Positions 51,884 to 63,272 are shown, counted from the first letter of the stretch. The stretch is 64,000 nucleotides of DNA from Promethearchaeota archaeon (GCA_016839555.1 JAEOUA010000008.1:64001-128000), one strand, 5' to 3'. The notes: a model not told the origin generated them from the sequence alone. Program-made: numbers and translations.

Positions 51884-51901
51884 AATATTTTCACCTAAAA
51901 A

Positions 51902-53875
51902 TTATGAATGTTCTAATATTCCTTTTTCTTTTAGGAGATTATTTAGATTTTCTGTATCTAAATTATCAATATGATAATAGATAGCATCTGTCGCTTCAGC
52001 CAATTTTTTATTAATTCCCAATGAAACTTCAGAACTTTCGGTATCAACTATAATAAAATCTATATTATGTTTTGCTATAGATTCTCCTGTTTTAAGTACA
52101 TCTTTAATTGAATCATTATAATAAACATTACCCCGAGCATCTGATAATAAAATAATTAAGGGTATATATCCAGACTGTCTTCTTCTTTCTTCTAAAGCTA
52201 AATCTAAAGCTTTACTCAAACCCTTCACTAAAGGAGTTGTTCCTCCCGTTGGAATATCTTTCAAAAGTTTATATGCTAAATCAGTGCTTCTTGTAGGAGG
52301 TAATAAAACTTCCGCTTCTTCTTTTCTAAATATTATTAAAGCAACTTTATCTCGATATACATAATTTGTTTGTAAAATCGAAAAAATAGCCCCTTTCACA
52401 GATTCCATACGATTTTTAACTCCCATTGAACCTGATGCATCAACACAAAATATAATTAAATAACTTGATTTTCCCATTCTACTTTTTATGTAAATATGAT
52501 CCTCTAAAATGGTTAAAGTTTCTCCATTTTCAAGCGCAATTTTATTCTGAGGTTCTAATGCCGCTTTATTTAAAGTTTCATTTATGGCAATATCCTCTGC
52601 ATTAGAAAAATTAAATTTTTTTGGTTTTTCTCCTCCAATATATTTGCCTCTGGAGCTTTCAGTTGGATGAAGGACTCGCTTTCCAGAAGTATTCATCATT
52701 TCCCTTACTCTTTTCTTTTCTATTATTTTTTCAGCATTAGTATCTTTACCAATATCAAAGATTTCTTCTCGTGTATTTAGGATTTGTTGCTGATTCTCCT
52801 CCTTATCAAGATTTAGATCTGCGGTTTCCTCTGGTTTTTCGTAATTATTATCAATAATTTCGTCAACTTTCTCTTCGTCTAATTCTTGTTCCTCAAACGG
52901 TAGACGTCTCATCCGATGATTTAATGATAATTTAGCTGCTATCTTTATATCTTCATCACTTACTTTTTTTCTTCCATGAAAAGCAGCAATAGTTTTTGCA
53001 GTTCTTGCAATAGTAATATCAGCTCTATGCCCGTCAGTTTGAAATTGAATACAGAGTTGGGCAATTCTCTTTAATTGTTCATCAGAAATTTTAACTTTAT
53101 TGAGTATATTTTGAGCTTCTATTAACTTTTCTCTTAAATTGTTCTGTTTTGATTTATGATCCTCATAAAATTTATTCGGATTTGTCTGAAAGGCTTCAAC
53201 CTTTTTGATAATTTCTACTCTTTTATCTATATCTTCAATCCTTTCTACATTAACACTTAATCCAAATCTATCTAATAATTGAGGTCTTATATGCCCCTCT
53301 TCAGGGTTCATCGTCCCGACTAGAATAAAATTTGAGGGGTGATGAAAACTTATTCCCTCTCGTTCGATTATATTAACACCCATCGCGGCACTGTCTAGTA
53401 ATACATCAGCGACATTATCAGCTAGCAAGTTCACCTCATCAATATATAAAATATTTCTATTTGCTTCTGCTAAAATCCCTGGTTCTAATGCCTTAATACC
53501 TTCCTTTAATGCTTGCTTTATATCTATGGTCCCTACAACACGATCTTCTGTGGCATTTATGGGAAGATTTATTACATCCATTTTTTTCTCCATAATTTCT
53601 TCATCGCTAAATCCACCGCTTTCATGACGTTCTTTGCATGCAGTACACATTTCACTTTCATCATGAGGATTACAGTTAAATGGACAATCTTTTACGATTT
53701 TTATTTCTGGAAGTATATCTGCTAATGCTCTTACGGCTGTTGATTTTGCGGTGCCTTTAGTGCCTTGAATTAGAACACCGCCAATTTTAGGATTTATTGC
53801 ATTCAAAAATAGGGCTAATTTCATCATATCTTGCCCTATAATTGCAGTAAATGGATAAACTTTATGACATGTCAT
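51902..53875 (-). CDS. ChlI/ChlD-type chelatase ATPase with C-terminal vWA domain
   Basis: [38 protein letters not shown]; DASGSM MIDAS, GGTTPL. Confidence 0.93.
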   Translation of the reverse strand: MTCHKVYPFTAIIGQDMMKLALFLNAINPKIGGVLIQGTKGTAKSTAVRALADILPEIKIVKDCPFNCNPHDESEMCTACKERHESGGFSDEEIMEKKMDVINLPINATEDRVVGTIDIKQALKEGIKALEPGILAEANRNILYIDEVNLLADNVADVLLDSAAMGVNIIEREGISFHHPSNFILVGTMNPEEGHIRPQLLDRFGLSVNVERIEDIDKRVEIIKKVEAFQTNPNKFYEDHKSKQNNLREKLIEAQNILNKVKISDEQLKRIAQLCIQFQTDGHRADITIARTAKTIAAFHGRKKVSDEDIKIAAKLSLNHRMRRLPFEEQELDEEKVDEIIDNNYEKPEETADLNLDKEENQQQILNTREEIFDIGKDTNAEKIIEKKRVREMMNTSGKRVLHPTESSRGKYIGGEKPKKFNFSNAEDIAINETLNKAALEPQNKIALENGETLTILEDHIYIKSRMGKSSYLIIFCVDASGSMGVKNRMESVKGAIFSILQTNYVYRDKVALIIFRKEEAEVLLPPTRSTDLAYKLLKDIPTGGTTPLVKGLSKALDLALEERRRQSGYIPLIILLSDARGNVYYNDSIKDVLKTGESIAKHNIDFIIVDTESSEVSLGINKKLAEATDAIYYHIDNLDTENLNNLLKEKGILEHS

Positions 53876-54063
53876 TGTTAGTTGAGTATGAAAATATTAT
53901 AGTTTAGTATGATCATCATGCTACTAAATAATTTAGTTAGTTATACTATTAAAATATGTTCTTTTTGAATTATAAAAGAGAGTATATAAAAATAGGGTAT
54001 TTATAAAATATTAAAAAGAATATAACAGTGTAATTGAATTAATTTTTTTATTAACAAATTTTT

Positions 54064-54732
54064 TTATTCAGGATCGAAGATTAAATCAAGATAATAAAAC
54101 CGATCTTTCTCGAATTTGACTTCTCCAGTTTTAAAAACAACAATCTTATTGAAGGTTGGTCCATCAAATACAAATGAATGATATTCTCCATTCTCTCCCA
54201 TTAAATCGACATCTTTTGGTAAGTCCCTTATAAAGTTAGAGTTGAAAATTCTTCCTAAAAATGATTTATCTAAAAAATTGGAATCGACAGAGGTTATAAT
54301 AGCTTTATAACCGAGGTTAATAAATTTTTTGGCTAAATTTTTGGTATTTTTATTCCAAAGTGGAAATATTGCTTCCATTTTTACATTAGACAAATTTTTT
54401 TCTCGATATGCTCGAATATCTTCCAGAAAAATATCTCCGAAAATAATAGTAGATATCCCTTTTTTACGGAGTTTTTTCATCTCTCCTTTCATTATGAGAT
54501 TATATTGTTCATTTGTACAATCTACTGGTAATTCTATTATTCTTAAAGGCAGATTTATACTCTTAGCTTGTTCATTTAATAAACTTCTTCTAATACCATG
54601 CATACTTACCCTTTCATATTTTTTAGAAACGGTTGTTAAAAGAAGTTCAATGGTTATCTCTTTATTTTGCTTCATTTCATAAAGTGCCAATGCTGAATCC
54701 TTTCCTCCGCTCCAAGATAATGCTGCTTTCAT
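54064..54732 (-). CDS. PP-loop ATPase, diphthine-ammonia ligase (Dph6)-related family
   Basis: SWSGGKDS, RVSMHG, FGDI, GENGEYHSFV.DGP. Confidence 0.88.
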   Translation of the reverse strand: MKAALSWSGGKDSALALYEMKQNKEITIELLLTTVSKKYERVSMHGIRRSLLNEQAKSINLPLRIIELPVDCTNEQYNLIMKGEMKKLRKKGISTIIFGDIFLEDIRAYREKNLSNVKMEAIFPLWNKNTKNLAKKFINLGYKAIITSVDSNFLDKSFLGRIFNSNFIRDLPKDVDLMGENGEYHSFVFDGPTFNKIVVFKTGEVKFEKDRFYYLDLIFDPE

Positions 54733-54835
54733 AGTTGAAAAATTATATCTCTATAAAATAATTAATATGCTTTATTAAAACTTTATTTAATTTCTCAAGT
54801 GAAAAATGGCAACAAAAATAAGATATGTAAATTAA

Positions 54836-55303
54836 TTAAAAAGTAATTGTGTCGGAAGAGTTAAATAATCCTTTAAGTTCTTCTTTTATTAGTTCCTGAT
54901 CTACTTCTAAATAGGAGTTTAAAACTTTCTCCAATTTTGGTCCCCATTTTTTAATAATAGCACGAATAAAACCAATATTAACGTTCAAATCGGTTGCAAT
55001 GCAAAGAGTTCCTTTTCCTATTTTCATTGAAAAAAGTATACCTCTTTCATATTCTGTGATTTGTAGATGAATATTTCCATAGCCCAATATTTGTCCTTGC
55101 TCCTCGCCAGCCATTAAGACTGCACCCCCAATGGCGCCTATTTTTTCTACTGAAGCTTCATCTTTATTAATTCTAAATTTGGACTGACTCAAAACAGAAA
55201 TTCCCGAATTATCAATAATAATGGCATATTTAACTCCTGCAGTACTGTTAATAATCGAATTTAATATTTGTTTAAGTATTTTTTCGTCTTCTATAAAACT
55301 CAT
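54836..55303 (-). CDS. Roadblock/LC7 domain protein
   Basis: GVKYAIIIDNSGISV...IGAIGGAV...ITEYERG...NIGFIR. Confidence 0.85.
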   Translation of the reverse strand: MSFIEDEKILKQILNSIINSTAGVKYAIIIDNSGISVLSQSKFRINKDEASVEKIGAIGGAVLMAGEEQGQILGYGNIHLQITEYERGILFSMKIGKGTLCIATDLNVNIGFIRAIIKKWGPKLEKVLNSYLEVDQELIKEELKGLFNSSDTITF

Positions 55304-55655
55304 AGGGCTACACTCACTTTATTTCAATTTAGTGATTTTTCTTATATTTTTTTTATTATAAGTATTTAAACTATGTCTTTTTCCTAAGGAATAGAAACCC
55401 TTATATAGAGTTAAAAAAAACGTTCTCGAGTTGACTAATATTAGATCTAATATAATTTTTTTGACACCATAATAATAATAGTTTTTGTATTTATTTTTAC
55501 GCATATTCATAATTTATCTAATAAAACAATTATAAAGGAATGAGCTCTATTAAATCTAAAAGTATTATAAAAATCCATAGATCAACAAAAAAATTTCTTG
55601 CAATAGGGTAATATCGTTTCAATGACTCGAAAAAGCTTTTTTATATGATATAAAT

Positions 55656-56003
55656 TTAAAAAAGTGATTGTCGTTTGATAATTTTTTTCAAATCTTTATA
55701 AGCATACACATGAATATTAGGTTTTCTAAGAATTAATAAAAGCCGTATATATTCATCCTTATTTAGGTTTCGCTTTACCTTTATATATTTGGAATGATTT
55801 ATAAAAGGTTTTTTTCTTGAAATTGCTTCTAAAGCAAGTATATTTTCATTATATGGGAATTCATCAGAAATTTCAGAAACAATGGGAAATCCATGTTTAT
55901 CAGTGATAATTCCTGCTATAAAATTGGGAAACCTTTGAGTTATCTTATTTAAAAATTGTGAAACTTGGTCGTGACTTACTATAGCTTTCACTTTTAACTC
56001 CAT
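55656..56003 (-). CDS. Divergent roadblock-like protein
   Basis: FIAGIITDKHGFPIVS matches the roadblock beta-hairpin; the rest is diverged. Confidence 0.55.
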   Translation of the reverse strand: MELKVKAIVSHDQVSQFLNKITQRFPNFIAGIITDKHGFPIVSEISDEFPYNENILALEAISRKKPFINHSKYIKVKRNLNKDEYIRLLLILRKPNIHVYAYKDLKKIIKRQSLF

Positions 56004-56257
56004 TTTGCTTCAATTTATATAGATAAATGAAAGAGATTCAATATAATAAATAAAAATATTATTTGGATATCTTCTTAATATTATGAAGTAAAAACTAACT
56101 AGTAATTTCTGTATGTCTCTATATAGTATTAATTAATTAAAAGATTGAAATAAAAAGAGTTAAGAGCTGTAGAAAATAATTCTTTTTTTTACAACTTCTA
56201 GAAAAAAATAAAGAAATTAAAATAAAAAAAATTATTATATTTGATTTACCGAGAGAT

Positions 56258-57217
56258 TTATTCTGCCTTATCCAGTGAAAGATTCTCTTGCAGCTCGCAA
56301 TAACGATTTCTGATGGTAACTTCTGTAACTTGAGAAGTTTTTGCAATTTTCCGCTGTGTAACCTTTTCTTTTGCTAAAATAGACGCGGCATATATGGCTG
56401 CACCGCAAACTCCTGTGGGCCCACGCCCAGAAGTCAGACCTCTTTTTTCAGCTTCTTGTAAGATTTTTATCGCAATTTTTTGACATTGATTAGAGAGATC
56501 CAACTCTGATATAAACCTTGTTAGAAAATCTGATGGCTTGGTAGGATTTAAATTTAGATTAAGTTTTTCTAAAATAAATCGATAGGACCTTCCTATTTCC
56601 TTTTTATCAACACGTGCAATCTCAGCAATTTCTGTTAATGTGATGGGTATTTTGAAGGTTCGACATGCCGCGTATAAGCTTGCAGCAGCTACTCCTTCAA
56701 TACTTCTTCCTCTTATAAGATGCTTTTCTACCGCATCCCTGTAAATTTTTGCAGAGCATTCCCGTAAATTTTTTTTTAAATCTAAATTCGAAGCCATTCG
56801 ATCTAGCTCACTTAAAGCGAAAGTTAAGTTTCTTTCTGTTGCATTACTTACTCTGATTCGGCTTTGCCATTTTCTTAATCGGTATATTTGTCCTCGTAAT
56901 TTTGCGGGTATTTTTTTCCCATATATATCTCGGTTTTTCCAATCTATCATAGTACTCAAGCCTTTATCATGAATCATATATGTATTTGGAGGACCTGTTC
57001 GGGTTCTATTTTTCTTTTGTTCTGCATCGAAAGCTCTCCATTCAGGGCCGCTATCAATATGATTTTCTGAATGTACTAGTCCGCAATTTTCACATACTAA
57101 AGCTCCTCTGTTTTCATCATAAAAAATATTTTCTCCACATTCAGAACATGTATTTTTATCAACAATGAGCTTATCAATATTAGATTTTGATTCTTTCCAA
57201 CTTGAAATAATTAACAC
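56258..57217 (-). CDS. tfb: Transcription initiation factor IIB
   Basis: CSEC...CENCG Zn ribbon, GPEWRAF, two cyclin repeats, [13 protein letters not shown]. Confidence 0.97.
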   Translation of the reverse strand: MLIISSWKESKSNIDKLIVDKNTCSECGENIFYDENRGALVCENCGLVHSENHIDSGPEWRAFDAEQKKNRTRTGPPNTYMIHDKGLSTMIDWKNRDIYGKKIPAKLRGQIYRLRKWQSRIRVSNATERNLTFALSELDRMASNLDLKKNLRECSAKIYRDAVEKHLIRGRSIEGVAAASLYAACRTFKIPITLTEIAEIARVDKKEIGRSYRFILEKLNLNLNPTKPSDFLTRFISELDLSNQCQKIAIKILQEAEKRGLTSGRGPTGVCGAAIYAASILAKEKVTQRKIAKTSQVTEVTIRNRYCELQENLSLDKAE

Positions 57218-57261
57218 CTTCCTTAATAAAAGGTTATAAATAATATAAGATCCCTAAAATA

Positions 57262-57537
57262 TTACGTCAATTTTATATAATAGTTATTACTTAATTCTAT
57301 TTTTTGAATGAGCGTAATTTGATCGGGATTTGCTTTTACTGAGATGAAGGGACTGGATATCGGACCAAAGATATCTTTAATCACACCAAATTTCTTGTAT
57401 TCTTGATTATAAATTGGTTTTTTAATGAAATTTTGTATATCTTTCTTATTTTCTGCATTCCATTGGGGAGCTCGAAATATTGCGTGATTTTTGGTTGAAA
57501 AACCCAAATGATAAAGTGTTAGTTTAAACCAGTTCAA
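57262..57537 (-). CDS. gar1: H/ACA RNP component Gar1/Naf1 family
   Basis: GVIKDIFGPISSPFISVK; upstream of tfb as in many archaea. Confidence 0.85.
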   Translation of the reverse strand: MNWFKLTLYHLGFSTKNHAIFRAPQWNAENKKDIQNFIKKPIYNQEYKKFGVIKDIFGPISSPFISVKANPDQITLIQKIELSNNYYIKLT

Positions 57538-57629
57538 TTAATAACCCGTAAATAATTATTTACCATTAACCTTCTATAAACTCCAAAATTGATTCTTCAT
57601 ATTTAAATTTAATCATTACTTTGAGTATT

Positions 57630-58724
57630 TTATATATAAGGAAATTTTAATTGGTACTCAATTCTACATATACAATCATATTCTATTTGCTCTAATCTTG
57701 ATAAATCTTGATGAAGAATAAAATCTCTTAAGTGTGTTTTCATTTTATCATTGCAGGAACTCCTTAGACAATTATGAATACCTCTGTTAGTACCAGCACC
57801 AGAAGGATCACATAGTATTCGTATTTTTTTTAAGTCCTTCTCATTTAATGCTTTATTAAAACAATCAAATAAAGAATAAAACCAAGGAGGTCTGTATCGA
57901 TGTGAATGCCATAAATATTCTACAAGAGTTCCTTTTTGGACATTACAGGGGTTTATTGAGATGGTTTGAACATTTAATTTTATCATCTCTTTAATGGAAT
58001 GAGCACAGTCATCAATTGCAGCTTTTTCATTAAGAAAAGGTGGTTTAAACAATAGATAGACTTTACTTCCAATGTTATTATTATGACATAATTGTAACTT
58101 TTCTAGAAAATCTTTAAATTTTAATCCTTTATTGATGTATCTATTCCGAATATGATCATTAACCGATTCAAGACCCATTCCAATTTCTATATATTTATTT
58201 GGAAGATATTTCTGGAGCTCATCTAGCTTTTCTTGAGTTATAAAATCTAAACGAGATTCAATTGAAAACTCCAAAATTTGTGGTATTTCTGCTATTTTTT
58301 TATAAATATATTCTCTTACCGGTTTTGATATTTCAGACTCATCAAGAAAGCTTCCCGAATTAAATATTTTTAAAATATAGTTATTCGTATCATTCTTGAT
58401 GAATTGAATTGTTTTAGATACAGCATAATCAAACTGATTCATAATCTGTTCGGAATCAACATCCTTTATATTGGCATCTTCTATATAACCGCACATGGAA
58501 CAGCCGCCTTGTTCTAATGCCCATTTACACCCTTTAGTTCTTAAAATAATTGTGAATTCTTTACCAATTTGATCTTTTAATCGTTCTTTTTTAGTCCAAT
58601 AACTTATAGGCTTATTTAACTTATCCTTAGAATAAGCTTTCTTATTTTTTAATGATTTTTCTCTTAATCTCTTAATCTTTTCCGCTACAAAGTCGTGTTC
58701 CATCATTTTATTATTTTGTTTCAT
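57630..58724 (-). CDS. Archaeosine biosynthesis radical SAM protein (RaSEA)
   Basis: LRTKGCKWA...GCSMCGY, KIFNSGSF, ESR, KPPFL, YRPPW; overlaps the arcS-like gene. Confidence 0.9.
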   Translation of the reverse strand: MKQNNKMMEHDFVAEKIKRLREKSLKNKKAYSKDKLNKPISYWTKKERLKDQIGKEFTIILRTKGCKWALEQGGCSMCGYIEDANIKDVDSEQIMNQFDYAVSKTIQFIKNDTNNYILKIFNSGSFLDESEISKPVREYIYKKIAEIPQILEFSIESRLDFITQEKLDELQKYLPNKYIEIGMGLESVNDHIRNRYINKGLKFKDFLEKLQLCHNNNIGSKVYLLFKPPFLNEKAAIDDCAHSIKEMIKLNVQTISINPCNVQKGTLVEYLWHSHRYRPPWFYSLFDCFNKALNEKDLKKIRILCDPSGAGTNRGIHNCLRSSCNDKMKTHLRDFILHQDLSRLEQIEYDCICRIEYQLKFPYI

Positions 58725-60783
58725 AAAGTTTTACAATTCTTCCTGAATTTGAATTTTTGATAATATTACTGGAGACAATCATATTTCCCATCGCAATTAT
58801 GTCTGTTTTGTCTTGATCAAAAATACAGACATTTTCTGTTGGTAATAGATTTGCAGGATAATTCTTTATACCAGGTCTAAATAAAGTATTTCCTTTGATT
58901 TTATTCCCATCAAAGACCAGGAATTTGGAAAAATTAGGATCATATGCAATATTTTTTGCACCTTCAATCGTAAGCTTTATTTTTCCAGTAGAAAAATTAA
59001 ATGTCGCGATTTTATTATTAGATTGTTTATTAAATATATGTATTTTAGTATTAGTGCGATTTCTTTCATAAAAAATACCATCCGAAAATAGTTGTTGTCC
59101 AAAATTGTTACCAAATTGATAATCTATAATTTTCGAGAATTTTCTTGGCCAACTCTTTGTAAAAATACTTTTATCTTGGAGAGTTTTCTCAGAGGCGTAA
59201 TCATCCTTATGTTCTCCGATTAATATTTGGAGATTATTTAATGAGGCTTCTGAAGTGATACTCTCTTGTATTTTTGAATAGTAGAATTTATGATCTAATT
59301 TTTTTTCTGCTTGTTGTGCAATTAATAGATATCCTCCTTCGAGATGACAAATAACCGGTATTTTTTGATCATATTTGCTCAATAAATCTATTAACATTTT
59401 TGAGGAGATTTCAAGTTCTTCACTAGACCAATCACCGGTTACAGAAATATCATAAGAGTTAATAGGATAAATATTTTCTAATTGACGAGGTATCGCTCCC
59501 AAGGGAGAAGTGAGGATTATTTCTTGAAAATTTGGAAATTCTGGAAATCTTCTGATTGCTTTATAAAAATATTGATGAGATTTTGATTTAGAATATGGCT
59601 TTTTAGCTGAGCAGGGTAATAACAAGATTAAAGTGGTTCCATCTTCCGGTCTAAAAGTTTTTATTGTTTGTTTTCGGAAATATACAAAATCGGGTCTATA
59701 GGAAGATGATGGTCCTAAACAATTCACTGTTTTATTTTTTTGGGTTAGAAGTGTATATTGTTTAATTGTTTCAAAATACTCTCTATCTAAAATTCTCAAC
59801 AATGAAATAAAATTTAAATCATTTAAAGAAGACTTTTCCACAAATTGTCTAAAATCTTCTGTATGAAGATATTGAATAATTTTGTTCATATAAATTTTTG
59901 AAGTAATAAGATTATGATAACATAATAGACTAATTTTTTCTTCTGAATATTTTTCTTGTAATAAATTTTTTAAATTATTTTTACAAGCTAAACAATTACA
60001 TGGTAGAAATTTTAATTTATAGGAGGGAATTAGTAAATCAATAGTATCATAATAGTTTTCGGTGGATAAATAAGTTAGATATGAAGAATTGATTAAATCA
60101 AATCCAAGATATACCAAAATAGGAAAATATTTTGAGATTAAACTCCCAGAGGCCATTAATACAAGATTATTATCCAATCCTGTTTTAATTTTAGTGATAT
60201 CTTCAAGAATATTACGAAAATGACTGAGATTATTAAAAATGTCAATAAAATTTAAAATTTTAATATTTTTATACTTTTTGATGATAGGAATATAATAATT
60301 AATTAAATTATAATATTCAAATAATTTAATAGAAAGTCCAAAACGATTTTTAAGGTTTTTATTTAGAAAATCATCTATTATAGCTAAATAATGTTCTATT
60401 TCTTGTTCCATAAACTCTAAATTAATCGCTGTTGTAGGAATATTAAAGGGAATAATAGGGCATACATTATAATCTAAAAAAGTTTCTTTTTTTTGATTAA
60501 AAATCTCAATAAATTTCTCTAATGTCCCATAATGAATGTATAAAAAGCCAGAATCTTTAAACATCCCATTAAGAAATTGCTCTTCTATATACTTTTCATC
60601 GGAAATCAAAAATATTTTATGATCTCCAAAAGATTCTATAAAATTTAGATTTTTCATTAAACATTGGTTAAGAGGAATTATTATATTCGGTGTTTTTATT
60701 GGTTTCTGGGATCCTAATAGATTAATTCTCCCAATTCGAGAAAAACCGCAACGATTTTTTAATAATTCAAAAAAGAAATCCAT
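58711..60783 (-). CDS. arcS: Archaeosine synthase ArcS/TgtA2-like (TGT-like, DUF5591-like and PUA regions)
   Basis: LLPCSAKKPYSKSKSH, TSPLGAIPRQLE, YDISVTGDW, CNCLAC...HN, C-terminal PUA-like region. Confidence 0.88.
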   Translation of the reverse strand: MDFFFELLKNRCGFSRIGRINLLGSQKPIKTPNIIIPLNQCLMKNLNFIESFGDHKIFLISDEKYIEEQFLNGMFKDSGFLYIHYGTLEKFIEIFNQKKETFLDYNVCPIIPFNIPTTAINLEFMEQEIEHYLAIIDDFLNKNLKNRFGLSIKLFEYYNLINYYIPIIKKYKNIKILNFIDIFNNLSHFRNILEDITKIKTGLDNNLVLMASGSLISKYFPILVYLGFDLINSSYLTYLSTENYYDTIDLLIPSYKLKFLPCNCLACKNNLKNLLQEKYSEEKISLLCYHNLITSKIYMNKIIQYLHTEDFRQFVEKSSLNDLNFISLLRILDREYFETIKQYTLLTQKNKTVNCLGPSSSYRPDFVYFRKQTIKTFRPEDGTTLILLLPCSAKKPYSKSKSHQYFYKAIRRFPEFPNFQEIILTSPLGAIPRQLENIYPINSYDISVTGDWSSEELEISSKMLIDLLSKYDQKIPVICHLEGGYLLIAQQAEKKLDHKFYYSKIQESITSEASLNNLQILIGEHKDDYASEKTLQDKSIFTKSWPRKFSKIIDYQFGNNFGQQLFSDGIFYERNRTNTKIHIFNKQSNNKIATFNFSTGKIKLTIEGAKNIAYDPNFSKFLVFDGNKIKGNTLFRPGIKNYPANLLPTENVCIFDQDKTDIIAMGNMIVSSNIIKNSNSGRIVKLYETK

Positions 60784-60909
60784 TCTTTAACTGAAAAATT
60801 CGAATAATCTGATATTTAATATAAAATAGCAATGAAAAAATAATTAACCTTATCAAACTTAGCAGATGAAAGCAAAAGAAGAAATTAAAACGAGATGTGA
60901 AAAGCGAAA

Positions 60910-61860
60910 TTAAAATGAAAAATTTGTAAAGGGAATTCGCTCATCTAATATGAAATTACTGAATGTATCCTCGATTTCTCCCGAACTATAAAGATTTTTT
61001 AAAATTTCACCATAATCATTTATTGCTTTTACCCGAATTATTGCAAATAAACCGAATTCAGAACCCATCCTATAAAGGTGAGTAATTTCACTTAATCGTT
61101 CCAATTTTAAAGCAATTTTATCATAATTCGATGGATTCTTAGGTTTTATGCGTATTATAAATTTTCCCTGAAAGCCTAATTTTTTGGGAGAGAAATTTAT
61201 TGTATAATTCAAAATTATTCCTGAGTTTTCCATATATTTTATTCTATTATAAATAGTTGATTGTGAAATCTCTATTGAATACTTATTTTTTAAAATTCTC
61301 TTTATATCATAAGTAGAAATTAATTTATCTTGTTGGAAAATTTGAAGGGTTTCCAAAATAGCCATATCTATTTCATCTATTGTATCTTCTTTTAAATTAA
61401 TTTCAGAAAGTTTTATTCCATTGGTTTTATAAATCTTAATGGGTTCTGAAAATTGATATTTTTTAAAATAGGAATCAGCCATAATGTTGTCAATTTTAGT
61501 TAAGGTTTTATTAAATTCATCAGGATTTTTAAAAATAAACAATGTAATCAAAGAAAATTCTCCAAAAATACCATCTAACATTTTAAGCTGTGGAATATGT
61601 AAAAACTTATTTATTAGGGCAGGTTCATTCGGATTAGTTTTGATTTCCATTACAACATACTCCAAATTTGGTTGAATATTGGGATTAATATTAATAGTGA
61701 AATTGTTAATTATTTTTTGCTCTTTCAATTTGTTAAAATAATTTTGAATTGTTTGTCTTGAGATTGATAAATTCTCTGAAATTTCTGTAATATTAGGTTT
61801 GGATTTGGAATCAAAACTTTTAATTATTTTATGAGCAATCTTATTATCTATTTTATTCAA
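60910..61860 (-). CDS. Lrp/AsnC family regulator with duplicated HTH + RAM domains
   Basis: Two HTH units (ISRQTIQNY; ISQSTIYNRI), each followed by an AsnC-type domain. Confidence 0.85.
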   Translation of the reverse strand: MNKIDNKIAHKIIKSFDSKSKPNITEISENLSISRQTIQNYFNKLKEQKIINNFTININPNIQPNLEYVVMEIKTNPNEPALINKFLHIPQLKMLDGIFGEFSLITLFIFKNPDEFNKTLTKIDNIMADSYFKKYQFSEPIKIYKTNGIKLSEINLKEDTIDEIDMAILETLQIFQQDKLISTYDIKRILKNKYSIEISQSTIYNRIKYMENSGIILNYTINFSPKKLGFQGKFIIRIKPKNPSNYDKIALKLERLSEITHLYRMGSEFGLFAIIRVKAINDYGEILKNLYSSGEIEDTFSNFILDERIPFTNFSF

Positions 61861-61994
61861 ATTAGGTTCACTTTAGAATTTTTTAATTAATTGTAAAAAA
61901 ATAAGATATTATTTTTAGCACTTTATTGAACATAAATTTAAGTATTTTACTTAAATTTGTTAATTAAGCAAACCAAAAAAATAATATGAAATAA

Positions 61995-63272
61995 GTGAAA
62001 AAAATGGTAGATTATAAAGTTGCTGATGAAACTTTAGCGGATCAAGGTGAAGAAGCACTATATATTGCTGAAAATAAAATGACAGTCACGGCGGGAATAA
62101 TTCGAGAGAGATTTAAAAAAGAAAAACCACTAGAAGGGATTACAATTGCGGGATGTCTTCATGTCACAAAAGAAACGGGAAATTTGGCTCTTACTCTACA
62201 AGCTGGAGGAGCAGAAGTGTATTTATGTGGTAGTAATCCCCTCTCCACTCAAGATGAGGTGGCTGCTGCACTTGTGAAAAAAGATATAAATGTTTTTGCG
62301 TGGCACGGAAATACAACTGAGGAGTTTTATTGGTGTATAAGACAATGCTTAAAAGGGAAACCAAATATTATGATTGATGATGGTGGAGATATGATTGTAA
62401 CAGCACATCAAGAATTTCCAGAATTAATCTCCTCCGGTAAAGTTTATGGTTGTCAAGAAGAGACCACTACTGGTGTGAAAAGATTTAAAGCTATGGAAAG
62501 ACAAGGAAAATTAAAAGTGCCCTTATTTCCTGTGAATGACGCACGATGTAAAAATCAGTTTGATAATGAATTAGGAACAGGTCAAGGTGTTATCTCTGCG
62601 ATATATGGTATGCATATTCTTTTTGCTGGAAAGAATGTTGTAATTGCTGGGTTTGGTCATTGTAGCTCTGGAATGGCATTACGAGCAAGAGGATTAGGAG
62701 CGAATGTAACTGTTACTGAAGTTGACCCAATTAATGCCTTAAAAGCAAGATTCACGGGTTATAATGTAAAACCAATTATAGAGACTTTACCTGAAGCAGA
62801 CGTAATATTGACTGCTACTGGATGTAAACACGTGATACCACCAGATCCCGAAGTCTTTAATAAGCTTAAGGATGGAGTAATTCTGGGTAATTTGGGACAC
62901 TTTGATATAGAGATTCCAACTAAAGAATTATATGAGTACGCAGAAGAAATAAAGCCTATTAGAAAGTATGTTGAAGAATTAATCTTTCCGAATGGGAAAA
63001 AGGTCTATCTTCTAGCTAAAGGACGATTAGCTAATTTAGTCTTAGCAGAAGGCCATCCGAGTGAAGTAATGGACATGTCTTTTTCGCTTCAATCATTAAT
63101 GTCAGAATGGATCGTCAAAAATCATGCCGCTTTTAAGCCAGGAATAATCGATGTTCCGAAAGAAATTGATGATAAGGTAGGTTACTTAAAGCTAGATGCA
63201 ATGGGAATTGAAATAGATAAATTAACTGAGGAACAATACAATTATATTCATGGATTTGAAGAAGGAACTTAA
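61995..63272 (+). CDS. ahcY: Adenosylhomocysteinase
   Basis: CLHVT, SNPLSTQD, DDGGD, EETTTG, GRLANL, GHPSEVMDMSF; start probably ATG at 62004. Confidence 0.97.
   Translation: MKKMVDYKVADETLADQGEEALYIAENKMTVTAGIIRERFKKEKPLEGITIAGCLHVTKETGNLALTLQAGGAEVYLCGSNPLSTQDEVAAALVKKDINVFAWHGNTTEEFYWCIRQCLKGKPNIMIDDGGDMIVTAHQEFPELISSGKVYGCQEETTTGVKRFKAMERQGKLKVPLFPVNDARCKNQFDNELGTGQGVISAIYGMHILFAGKNVVIAGFGHCSSGMALRARGLGANVTVTEVDPINALKARFTGYNVKPIIETLPEADVILTATGCKHVIPPDPEVFNKLKDGVILGNLGHFDIEIPTKELYEYAEEIKPIRKYVEELIFPNGKKVYLLAKGRLANLVLAEGHPSEVMDMSFSLQSLMSEWIVKNHAAFKPGIIDVPKEIDDKVGYLKLDAMGIEIDKLTEEQYNYIHGFEEGT

Noticed and set aside
52680-52860. Programmed -1 frameshift in the chlD linker producing ChlI, as described for some chlD genes
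   Set aside because: The gene is one intact frame and I found no in-frame X_XXY_YYZ slippery heptamer in the linker, only a six-A run
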